Source of the DNA: Craspedostauros australis | Lineage: Eukaryota | Direction of reading: 5' to 3' | Assembly: GCA_030167865.1 (NCBI GenBank) | Contig: JALAGF010000911.1 | Coordinates: 50,721-70,720 of the forward strand | DNA: 20,000 nucleotides | Shown here: positions 11,268-19,877 of the stretch, piece after piece | Numbering within the stretch: the stretch's first letter is position 1 | Layout: each line of letters starts with the position of its first letter | Notes under the pieces: model-generated | The model's database searches: none | Told to the model about the DNA's origin: nothing | The model's input: the letters and a program-made list of their open reading frames with translations, nothing else | Position numbers and translations under genes: made by a program

Positions 11268-12982
11268 TCATGATGTCGCATTGAAACATACTGAGTTGGG
11301 AGTTGTGCACTCTCGGAGGATGTCAAGATACAGCTCTCCGTACCCGTCGTATTCGACCCCACGGGTGAGAAGCTCGGGTGATGTGGTCACACCGCCGGTT
11401 GTAGGTTCAATCTGGGTATCCTCATGCCATTCTGCTCGGAGAACGTACAGAAGTTTGGTTTCATATCATGTCATGCCATGCCATTTGTTGATGTTGTTGT
11501 TGTGAATAGGATTCGGGATTGCAAATCAGAGAACGCAGTGTGAGGATTGAGTGCGTGTGCTCCGTCGACCTCTTCAATGGTGTGCTTCGTGCTTCACATT
11601 CATCCAGTACATCTTCGGCTTGTACTGCGTCACTTACCATTGAACGAGTTGATCATGATCATGTTGCGCGCTGCTGGATCCGTCATCTTCGTGGCCCTCG
11701 ATAGACCCGCGCGGAACAATGTACCCTCCTCCATCTCCGGGGTGAGGCGGCGTGACAGCGGAGGATGGTCTGCTTCGAGCCGGACTCCGAGATCGTTGAA
11801 GCCGGGCGATGCGGCGGGAATGTAAGTACAATTGTGGGCATCGGCCAATGCCTTCCACTTGAGCTGCCTGTTGCTGTAGTATTTGTCCACGGCTTCGATA
11901 CCGGCATAATGCTGCTGTTGCGTCATGCCGCCGTAGACATCGTAGGATGTTGCCGCATCCAGGATGTCGAACGCGCCGTATTCCTCATCCAGCGATGGTG
12001 GTCCGCGAAAGGTGTGATCTCCGACGACGTAGAGGTCTTTGCCACATGTGGCCTTGACGGTCGCTTTCATCTCGGCCACGACGGGACCCAATGCGTCAAC
12101 TTGCCACAGCACACGAGAGAGGTAGACGAAGAGGACTGGTCTGCCATCGATTGTGAGGTAGTTGGAATGATTGAAGTACTCGGCACACATGAACTCCATG
12201 TCAGGACCGACCCGCTGGATGGTGTAGTTCTCCGATCTCTTCACGCGGCTTGTCGTTTCGTAGAAGAGCGCGATCTTGTGATCCCCGAGATGCTGATGGG
12301 GCAGGATGGTGTTGCGAATCGTGGTGTCGTCACGTCCGCCTTCGCCCCACCAGCTGGTCACCCACAGCCCGATGTTCGCCTGCCGACTCCACGCAAGGTG
12401 CTGCGCCACGATCCTGGGATCGGAATCGTCGTACTCCCCCAGCGTGGGAAGTTGGATCGGATCCAGCTGCTCACGCAAGTAGCTCTGACCATAGTGGAAG
12501 TCATCTCCGTGCCAAGGATAGTAGTATGTGCCGACGAGCATGTCCGATGCGACCGTGATGTTCCAATCAAAGTTGTCCAACCACTCCTGGATCTCCTCAG
12601 CTCGTTTCTGCTTCGCATCTTCATCCGAGTCAGCATCGTTGCTGTTGTTGCTGTTGTTGCTGTTGTCGTTACTACCGCCTCCATCGCCGCTTCCATCATC
12701 GCTGCCGTTGCCTCCGGCTGCGCCTGCGTCGTCGGCACTATCCTTCTTGCCAGCACCATCATCGCTGTCCTTCGCACCATTCGCAGCCTCGCCACCATTC
12801 TGATCACTGTCGCTATCACCACGAGCAGCATCCGACGCAGAACCATTGCCATCCTTGCCTCGCGTGACAACGATGCCGATCACCAATCCAAAGATGATGA
12901 TGAGGACCACCAGCGCAATGGCCGCCCAAAGCAACCGCCTGCGCTTCTTCTTGCGTTCGTACGCTCCAGCTGAACCCGCCAT
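11268..12982 (-). CDS. GH99-like type II membrane protein, copy 5 (exons 12982..11638 and 11431..11268; 502 aa)
   Basis: MAGSAGAYERKKKRRR, TM segment, G/D/N-rich stalk, YYYPWHGD, PTLGEYDDS, TSWWG, PGFNDLG. Exon 2 read by hand: EWHEDTQIEPTTGGVTTSPELLTRGVEYDGYGELYLDILRECTTPNSVCFNATS*. Confidence 0.92.
11432..11637 (-). other. Phase-1 intron of copy 5 (206 nt)
   Basis: Minus strand AATG|GTAAGT...CCGAGCAG|AATGGCATGAG. Confidence 0.9.
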
Positions 12983-13214
12983 GTCTGCACTTCGTTATTC
13001 TCCGTGGTGCATGTGCGGCAGAGAGGCGTCTGCTTTCCTTCGCTCCGCTCTGCTATACTCCACGGATACTCTGCAAGTGCTGTTGCGGCGACAGTATGGT
13101 ATAGAACAGAACAGGAGAGTACGGTGAGAAGGACGGTAGTGCTGCACGATCTTTTGCCTGCATCGACAATTCGTTGTTGTGTGTTTGTCCCTCCTTTCAT
13201 GATTGTGTCAAAGA

Positions 13215-13459
13215 TGTGATGATCGCAGAGCGAGCAAAGAATGCGCCATGTTGCCAAAGTTGTCATCGTTCCGATTCATCACTGTTGTCAACACAAACTT
13301 TCCCAACAACGTCCATTCGTGTTTGCGATTTCTCGGAAGTACATTTCTGTCAGCGTCTGTCCTTCTGTCCTTCCATGTGGGTGGAGGAACAATGACACAC
13401 ACACACAAGGTAACCTCATAAATTCGGTTCCTTCTTCTTTTGTGCAAGGGATTATCACA
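13215..13459 (+). repeat. Putative 5' LTR (245 bp)
   Basis: Starts TGTGATGATC and ends GATTATCACA: TG...CA termini with a 9/10 terminal inverted repeat. It ends 75 nt before the gag ATG and is followed directly by a PBS-like GGTTTTGGCC. No second copy is available in the window to confirm it. Confidence 0.7.
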
Positions 13460-13470
13460 GGTTTTGGCCT
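13460..13470 (+). promoter_or_regulatory. Putative primer-binding site
   Basis: GGTTTTGGCC abuts the LTR CA and resembles the half-tRNAiMet PBS of Drosophila copia (GGTTATGGGCC); the match is imperfect. Confidence 0.4.
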
Positions 13471-13533
13471 TTCTTTCAAGGCTTCGCAGCATTGCAACAA
13501 CAACTCTTCCTCTTCCACCTCCTCTTCTTCAAG

Positions 13534-15315
13534 ATGGTGGCCACCCGGTCCGCTACGTCTTCAACCGACGGTGACGGGTCCAGCCCACCTCCACCTCGTG
13601 TTGGTGAGGGCAACAACGATGTCCCGTCGCTTGCTGCCCGCAATGGCGCGCCCACGGCGTTTGACCCTCGAGCCGAAGCACGGCGCATTCTTCGAGTCGC
13701 GTCTGTTCCCGCGGATGCCATCCTCATGGTACTGCCCCTTTTTGAAAGTGAAACCCAACCAGCCTCGTTCTACGGTCGCCTCAACCACGTACTCAATCTT
13801 GACACTGCAGGCATCAGCCAGATGCTGGAGGTGCACTCCATAGAAATCTCGGGCCCTGCCAAGTACTGGCTTGTCACGTTCGCCAAATGGTGGCGAAGCA
13901 CGGGTTTTGGAGCGGGCTTCGACTGGTCGTCGTTCGACAGTGCGTACTACAATGGTGGCGTCCCCATCGCCTCTACCACTGCATTCTCTGACGACACCAC
14001 CATCACTGACAACCACGACAACAACGGCAATGAGACCACTGTCCGCATCGGTGTGCGCCGTGAGACACGCGCCAACGCAGGCGCCCAGACCATGACAGGA
14101 CGCACTGTGGTGGCTGAAGGCGGTCGCGATCGCGGCGCCACACGCTCCGAGCGGCGTGACACCAGCGCATTCTCCAGAAGCTACTTCGAGGATGTCATCA
14201 ACGACGCATCCTCGGCTGACAGCTCTGGGAAGCCACGTGCGCTGTACGGCGCGGCCCTCGCACCACATCCGCAATGGAAAGTGGACGCTCAGCGCAACGT
14301 CGTTGTCCAAGCGGAGAACTTTGGCAAGGCTGAGGTCGCACGTCTCTCCGACGGTACGTACCAAGGCATCAAGCATTGGTACGAGCGGCTGCATGTCATC
14401 GCCGATACATACGGCATAGAGCTGATTCCGTTCAGCCAATTCGACCCGAAGTACGTGGTGTTTCCCAATCGCCCGTCCCACAAGGTCACCGCCATGAACA
14501 CTGCGCTCAAGATGAAGTTCATGGCCACTGGAAACGTCGACGCTGAAGCCCCGTGGCTCCAGCTGTTCTACAAGCACCACATGGTGCACAACGCCACTGG
14601 GAACCTCGCGGCGTTCGACTTCATCCATCAAGTGCTGGTGCATGCGGAGCAACAACGAGGTAACGCTGGGCTCCCACAGGTGCCAACGTTGTCAAGTGGC
14701 ACCAGTGTGGTGGACTTTGCATCCCGTCTGATGGACTACATGCAGGATCATGGGTCCCAGGGTGGGTTCACCGACCGACAAGCAGCTATACATTTTCTGC
14801 AAGAAGTCAGGGGACACGGCCTTGACGTGGGCCGCTTGCAGCTCGATTTGGACGCGATCCCACCTGGCGACAGCCTGCCAAGCACGTTCGGTGTGATGGC
14901 CATGACTACGGAAGTCCAACGAGTCAACAAGGGTGATGCACGTGTGCACAAGCTCACGAATCCATACTCCAAGAGAGGCCCAGACGAGAAGGCAACTAAG
15001 CCTACCGCAGGCAGAGACAAGACGACCACAGACAATCCTTTCCGACAACCGGTGCCTGGCGCCCTCTGTGCGGCATGCAACCGGAAAGGTCATGAGGCCA
15101 CATCGTGCATATACCTTGCTCGGTTCGCCGTGATGTCCGACTTCCACCAGAAGAACGGGGAACTCGCCAACAAGCTCGCAGCACACCTCAAGGCATACTA
15201 CTCCAAGGATGATCGCAAGGCTGCAGTGCGAAAAATCGTTGCAGCCGGCGCTGATGAGGACTCCGATGAGGCACTGATGGCGTGGATGGTCTTCCACGAA
15301 CAACATTTTCCGTAA
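13534..15315 (+). CDS. gag: Retrotransposon Gag (593 aa) with a C-terminal zinc knuckle
   Basis: ATG at 13534 (MVATRS); CAACNRKGHEATSC fits C-x2-C-x4-H-x4-C at 15067-15108; lies between the LTR and pol. Confidence 0.88.
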   Translation: MVATRSATSSTDGDGSSPPPPRVGEGNNDVPSLAARNGAPTAFDPRAEARRILRVASVPADAILMVLPLFESETQPASFYGRLNHVLNLDTAGISQMLEVHSIEISGPAKYWLVTFAKWWRSTGFGAGFDWSSFDSAYYNGGVPIASTTAFSDDTTITDNHDNNGNETTVRIGVRRETRANAGAQTMTGRTVVAEGGRDRGATRSERRDTSAFSRSYFEDVINDASSADSSGKPRALYGAALAPHPQWKVDAQRNVVVQAENFGKAEVARLSDGTYQGIKHWYERLHVIADTYGIELIPFSQFDPKYVVFPNRPSHKVTAMNTALKMKFMATGNVDAEAPWLQLFYKHHMVHNATGNLAAFDFIHQVLVHAEQQRGNAGLPQVPTLSSGTSVVDFASRLMDYMQDHGSQGGFTDRQAAIHFLQEVRGHGLDVGRLQLDLDAIPPGDSLPSTFGVMAMTTEVQRVNKGDARVHKLTNPYSKRGPDEKATKPTAGRDKTTTDNPFRQPVPGALCAACNRKGHEATSCIYLARFAVMSDFHQKNGELANKLAAHLKAYYSKDDRKAAVRKIVAAGADEDSDEALMAWMVFHEQHFP

Positions 15316-18300
15316 GCCGGCCGCCCGCAATCCAGGGTGGTGAACGGCTTTTATTGGGAAACTGCGGGCCCATGGCCGCAGCTCCAGCAAGCAAGGAGCT
15401 CCGGGCGCCGCCGATGATGCAGGCCGAACACGTGTCCACGGCAGGACCCGCGCCCGTCGCTCACGCGTGTAGGATGACGTGGGACCCCGGGGATCATCAT
15501 CCTAGCTTCCTTCTCGCAGACGAGACTCAAGCCAATCACTCATCGACGGTTCACTTGGTCGGTGTTCGACGGAGCCAGCAAGGTCAGTGTGACCTGGGAG
15601 CGAACGTCTCGGTCACTAACAATCGCAACATTCTGCATGGGGTCACAACACTCGGTGTTCCTCTGCGCGTCTCTGGCATGGACTCGTCCAGCCCGGACGT
15701 GGTATGTCGAGAGATTGGCACGGTGCACCTCCCGGTGACGGGGCTTCGACAGGTGAACGCGAGGGTACACTACAGCCCTCGGGTGAGCGGGACCATCTTG
15801 TCCCCGCAAGCCATCTGTGATCATGAGAGAGAGTTCCACTCCTTTGTCATCGACATACGTCCAGAGCGATCAAGCCTCGCGTTTCGAGACAGGTCGGATG
15901 CTGTCCTTGCTCGTGCGGCGCTCGTACAACACAATGGGCTCTTCTACTTTGAACCGCTGAGCTCCGAGAGTGCTGTGGTGCAGTCAACTCAGGCGGGAGA
16001 GTCCATGCTCAAGTACGAGCTGTGGCATCAACGACTCGGGCACCCGGGCGCCACTCAGATGCAGCACATACAGGGTGCGGCAGACGGCGTGCCAGACGGC
16101 CTCCATCGTTGTTCGCATCCGCACCGGTACTGTCCCATTTGCGTGGAAGCGCATGCGGTGAGGCCGGCGCGAGGGCCAACAGTTTCAACAGATTCACTAC
16201 GCCCGGGGTCCAGATTTCACGTGGATTTCGGGTTCATGCGCGCGAGTTCCAATGCTTACGGCGTGGGACGCAAGGGCCAGCGCGTGGTGCGGTCGTTTGA
16301 CGGGTGCACAGCGTATCTCGTCGTCGTCGATGCGAAGACAAGGTACTCGTGGGTTTTTCCAACGGTCGGCAAGAAGCCACCCGTGGACATCCTCAGCCAA
16401 CATCTGAAAAGATTTGGCTTACCTGATGGATACCGGAGCATCCGGATTGATCATGGTGGGGAGCTCTATGGGTCGCAGCAGGTACTGCAGGCCGTGGCGG
16501 ACGCTGGATACTGTGTGGAGCCCACTGGTGCAGGTGTACATCACCGCAACGGCAAGGTGGAACGTCTAAATCGGACATTCTCGGTGCAGGTACGAGCGCT
16601 TCTTTATGGCGCAGGGCTGCCTCCGCAGTACTGGTCAGCGGCACTCACTCATGCGGTGTACCTGAAGAACCGTCTTTGGCATTCTGCCATTGACATGTCC
16701 CCGTACGAGGCATGGAATGGTCACAAACCCAACATCGCACATCTTCGCGTGTTTGGTGCTCGCGTACTTGAACGGAAGCCCAACATGCCGGCTGCAAAGC
16801 TTGACAAGCACACCTACACGGGTGTGTTCTTGGGTTTCAGCGGCGATGGTGCCAACATGCGGTATCTCGACATCCTCTCGGGCGTGGTCAAGACAGGGGC
16901 AACATTCTCCTTCGATGAGTCACACTACTCCCTGGCGAGCCGCCCGCCCGCTGCGCAGTTCCTGTACAACCTCGGGATGCGTGAGATGGAGGGTGCGGTC
17001 AGCAACGAACCCCGGGCAACGGCAGAAACCTCCGGAACACCCGTTGTGCCCGCGATAGTCCCGCGTGCCATGGTGAAGACGCCGAAGGAGGCGCTGATGA
17101 CCCAGCTACCGTTTGGAGAGGTGGTGTCGATGCCGGCGCATGCATCAGCAGCGACGGTGGAGACGCCCGCGCGCGCAGGATCGGAGTGGTCCATACGGGA
17201 CGTCGCAACGATCGAGGTCTCTGATGATCCGTTTGTCTTCTCTTTTGGACAGGAGTGGAACGTCGGCAATGATCATGAATACGCGGGCATGGTTCTACAA
17301 GAGGACCCACAACGTCGCCGCGTGCAGCTGGTGGACATCGCTGTCGGCACGGCTGCTCGACACATTCCACGATGGAGAAGTCGGCTGCGCATGGCGTACC
17401 TGCTCCGCGTTGGAGGCGTGGAGGTCCGTACCGAGACAGATGTGAAGGACGCGATCTCTGAGGCGCGCAAGGCTGGACAAGGCGCCGTTGAGGCGACGTT
17501 CGCCCATGACGATGTTCGAAATGCAATGGGCGCCACAGGTCTCATGCATCTGTACTTTGATCAGTGGAGGGATATTCGCGACATACGGCATCAAGCGCGA
17601 GATGCCGCACGAAGCACGCGTGCGGTCCTCAAGCTCAAGCGATCCGACCTCGCCGCAAGTGCCGAGTGGGAGCTGTGGAGAGCGGCGGAACACAAGCAAC
17701 TGGACCAGTACGAGTCTCAGGGCATGTTTGGTGCTCCGACGTCCATGCAACCAGGCATGCTGGCATTCCACTGGGTTTGGATCTACGTCCTGAAGGAGAA
17801 CCCCACTGAAACAAGACGCAAAGCGCGAACGGCGTGTGATGGGTCACCTCGAGCGGGACAAGCCAAGATCACCGGGCAGACGTACACGCCTACTCCAGAT
17901 CAGACGGATATGAGGCTCTTTGTGGCCTTGGCGGCCACAGCAGGAATGACTCTGTACAGCGCCGACGTGAGCAATGCATTCGCAGAGGCCGACAGAGGCG
18001 AACAGGAGTACTTCATGCGGGTGGATAAGCAGTTCCAGGATTGGTGGGCGCAGAAAGGACGAGCGCCGATTCCCTATGGATGTGTCATCCCAGTGTTGAA
18101 GAACCTACAGGGACATCCGGAAGCTCCACGTCAGTGGGCGAAACACATCGACAGGATTCTCCAAGACCTTGGATTCATCCCGACCACGCATGCAAAATGC
18201 CTATACCGACGATCAATTCAGGGGAGGTGCATGTATCTTATCCGGCAGGTCGACGACATCGCAGTTGCGACTGCTCGGCGGGCAGATTTCGACAGAGTTT

Positions 18301-19394
18301 GTGATGAAATCGACCAACGGCTATCGTCTCCGCTCAAGCGCTTCTATCAAGTCGTGCATTTCAATGGGCTGGATTTCGTGCAAACCAGGCACTTCATCCA
18401 CATCCACGCTCAAACTTACCTGGAAAAGGTGTTCGAGCGGCACTCGTGGCAGGATCTCAACCCACAACAGATGCCGATGCAGAGCAGTAACTCGTACATG
18501 CGGGAGCTTGACGAAGAGCCGGCATTGAACGAACAGGAGAAACGCGTTGCTGAAGCCAAGCGATTTCGATACAGACAGGCGATGGGGGAACTCATCTGGC
18601 CAGCGGTAACGTGCCGCCCGGATATAGCGTTCCCCGTGGTGAAGCTTTCACAGTTCTCAAATCGCCCTGGGGTGAAACACTACGAAGCCGCCAAGAAGGT
18701 GTTTCGATACCTCAAGAAGGACACAAGGGCAGGGCTAACATTCTGGCGACAGACACCGGCGGAAGGGTTACCAGAGGAGCCACCGCCGGCGCGAGCCAGT
18801 GAGCCCCACGATGACGTCCATGAGGATGCCATTTCTCGTTTTGCACCTGTGGAGCTCTACGGGTATGCCGACAGTGACTGGGCAATGGACACGACACATC
18901 GCAGGTCCATCTCAGGCGTCACATTCAAGTTAGCCGGGGCTGCAGTCGCATGGAAATGCAGGGTGCAAACCGTGGTTGCGCACTCCTCGACGGAGGCGGA
19001 GCTGATATGCGCTGCGGATGCGGGCAGGATGGCCATGTGTCTCCGCGCAATCCTCTCCGAAATTGGGCATGTACAGACCACGCCAACAGTACTATACGAG
19101 GACAATAGAGGGGCGGTCCTGGTGTCTAATGCGGGACAATCCACCAAGCACACTCGTCACATCGACATAAAAGTGTTTGCACTGCAGGACTGGGTGGATC
19201 AAGACTTTCTGGTCCTTCAGCAGATCGCGTCCGATCTCAACGCGGCGGACGCGGAAACAAAACAGGTGATGGCGAGGCTCTTCCTTCGTCACATGGATAA
19301 CATTACTGGGCGGTTGATGCCGCTCTGGGCCTCAGCGCGAAGTGCAAGCCGGGACAACGCACCGGCGGTCCAAGTCCGTGAGTCACACGGGTGA
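15282..19394 (+). CDS. pol: Copia Pol polyprotein (protease, GAG-pre-integrase/HHCC, integrase, PDZ-like insert, RT, RNase H), probably entered by a -1 frameshift near 15306
   Basis: DLGAN protease-like motif (15591); LWHQRLGH...CPIC; integrase FHVDFG / RIDHGGE / NGKVER; RT KARTACDG, ADVSNAF, LQGHPEA, RQVDD; RNaseH YADSDWA, STEAE, YEDN, RHIDIK, NAAD. The 1370-codon frame is uninterrupted. Confidence 0.95.
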   Translation: MDGLPRTTFSVSRPPAIQGGERLLLGNCGPMAAAPASKELRAPPMMQAEHVSTAGPAPVAHACRMTWDPGDHHPSFLLADETQANHSSTVHLVGVRRSQQGQCDLGANVSVTNNRNILHGVTTLGVPLRVSGMDSSSPDVVCREIGTVHLPVTGLRQVNARVHYSPRVSGTILSPQAICDHEREFHSFVIDIRPERSSLAFRDRSDAVLARAALVQHNGLFYFEPLSSESAVVQSTQAGESMLKYELWHQRLGHPGATQMQHIQGAADGVPDGLHRCSHPHRYCPICVEAHAVRPARGPTVSTDSLRPGSRFHVDFGFMRASSNAYGVGRKGQRVVRSFDGCTAYLVVVDAKTRYSWVFPTVGKKPPVDILSQHLKRFGLPDGYRSIRIDHGGELYGSQQVLQAVADAGYCVEPTGAGVHHRNGKVERLNRTFSVQVRALLYGAGLPPQYWSAALTHAVYLKNRLWHSAIDMSPYEAWNGHKPNIAHLRVFGARVLERKPNMPAAKLDKHTYTGVFLGFSGDGANMRYLDILSGVVKTGATFSFDESHYSLASRPPAAQFLYNLGMREMEGAVSNEPRATAETSGTPVVPAIVPRAMVKTPKEALMTQLPFGEVVSMPAHASAATVETPARAGSEWSIRDVATIEVSDDPFVFSFGQEWNVGNDHEYAGMVLQEDPQRRRVQLVDIAVGTAARHIPRWRSRLRMAYLLRVGGVEVRTETDVKDAISEARKAGQGAVEATFAHDDVRNAMGATGLMHLYFDQWRDIRDIRHQARDAARSTRAVLKLKRSDLAASAEWELWRAAEHKQLDQYESQGMFGAPTSMQPGMLAFHWVWIYVLKENPTETRRKARTACDGSPRAGQAKITGQTYTPTPDQTDMRLFVALAATAGMTLYSADVSNAFAEADRGEQEYFMRVDKQFQDWWAQKGRAPIPYGCVIPVLKNLQGHPEAPRQWAKHIDRILQDLGFIPTTHAKCLYRRSIQGRCMYLIRQVDDIAVATARRADFDRVCDEIDQRLSSPLKRFYQVVHFNGLDFVQTRHFIHIHAQTYLEKVFERHSWQDLNPQQMPMQSSNSYMRELDEEPALNEQEKRVAEAKRFRYRQAMGELIWPAVTCRPDIAFPVVKLSQFSNRPGVKHYEAAKKVFRYLKKDTRAGLTFWRQTPAEGLPEEPPPARASEPHDDVHEDAISRFAPVELYGYADSDWAMDTTHRRSISGVTFKLAGAAVAWKCRVQTVVAHSSTEAELICAADAGRMAMCLRAILSEIGHVQTTPTVLYEDNRGAVLVSNAGQSTKHTRHIDIKVFALQDWVDQDFLVLQQIASDLNAADAETKQVMARLFLRHMDNITGRLMPLWASARSASRDNAPAVQVRESHG
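15304..15350 (+). promoter_or_regulatory. Candidate -1 ribosomal frameshift signal (U-run plus 13-bp stem-loop)
   Basis: CAT TTT CCG TAA at the end of gag; pol is in the -1 frame. Stem AAGCCG-GCCGCCC / GGGTGGT-(GAA bulge)-CGGCTT with an 8-nt loop. Confidence 0.65.
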
Positions 19395-19397
19395 GCG

Positions 19398-19533
19398 CCG
19401 ACACCGCGGTTAGCGCGGTCGGAGGCCAGTTCTGCGGTTAGCGCGGATACAACGGCGTTTCGCGATTAGCGCGAACGGTGAGGCGGTCCCACGATTAGCG
19501 TGGGTTCTGACACACCCCGCGAATAGCGCGGGG
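19398..19533. repeat. Array of five periodic hairpins with a conserved RWTAG loop
   Basis: accgcg-GTTAG-cgcggt, tctgcg-GTTAG-cgcgga, ttcgcg-ATTAG-cgcgaa, cccacg-ATTAG-cgtggg, ccccgcg-AATAG-cgcgggg; loops start at 19409, 19437, 19465, 19494 and 19522. Confidence 0.92.
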
Positions 19534-19609
19534 ACTTCTCTTGTGTTTGCTTCTTCTTTTCGGTCCACAAAGCGCCAGTCTAGTGCCTCAAACAAACGGA
19601 CCCCAAAAA

Positions 19610-19877
19610 TTGGCGATTATTGGCGATTATTGGCTACAGTTGGCTACAGATTTTGGATCAGTTTTTCCCAAACTCCGCCTTCGTTTNATAGACACTCAAT
19701 CCAACATCTCTTCACATCTACGTAAACTTAAGAGCCAGGGCTATCCAGGCAAGTGTTAACATTATAATGTTGTTACTACCATCTCATCGATCTTTTTGTG
19801 TTTGTTGACCCCCTTGGTGTGGTTTTGCCTTCGGACGAAGGACGGACCGGGTTTTCATTGGCTACATTTGGCTACAA
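19610..19877 (+). repeat. Two clusters of 10-bp TTGGC-headed tandem repeats
   Basis: TTGGCGATTA x2 and TTGGCTACAG x2 at 19610-19649; TTGGCTACAT and TTGGCTACAA at 19858-19877. Confidence 0.8.

Larger units (their letters stand above)
13215..19533 (+). mobile_element. Ty1/copia LTR retrotransposon, diatom CoDi-like; 3' boundary not defined in this window
   Basis: Candidate LTR, gag with CCHC knuckle, pol in copia order (PR, IN, RT, RNaseH), and RT motifs LQGHPEA and RQVDD, which I recognise from diatom copia elements. Confidence 0.93.

Noticed and set aside
1082-12973. Long antisense ORFs over the GH99-like genes (1082-2032, 3966-4814, 6390-7277, 11765-12973)
   Set aside because: They coincide with the sense CDSs and are expected from GC3-rich codon usage; the translations show no recognisable domains.
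19398-19533. Hairpin array as a mini-CRISPR or intrinsic terminators
   Set aside because: Repeats are ~17 nt and non-identical, linkers are only 10-12 nt, there are no cas genes, the context is eukaryotic, and no U-tract follows the stems directly.
19560-19590. CTAG|T at ~19580 as a Helitron 3' end
   Set aside because: No GC hairpin 10-12 nt upstream; the last array hairpin is ~47 nt away and there is no Rep/Hel sequence.
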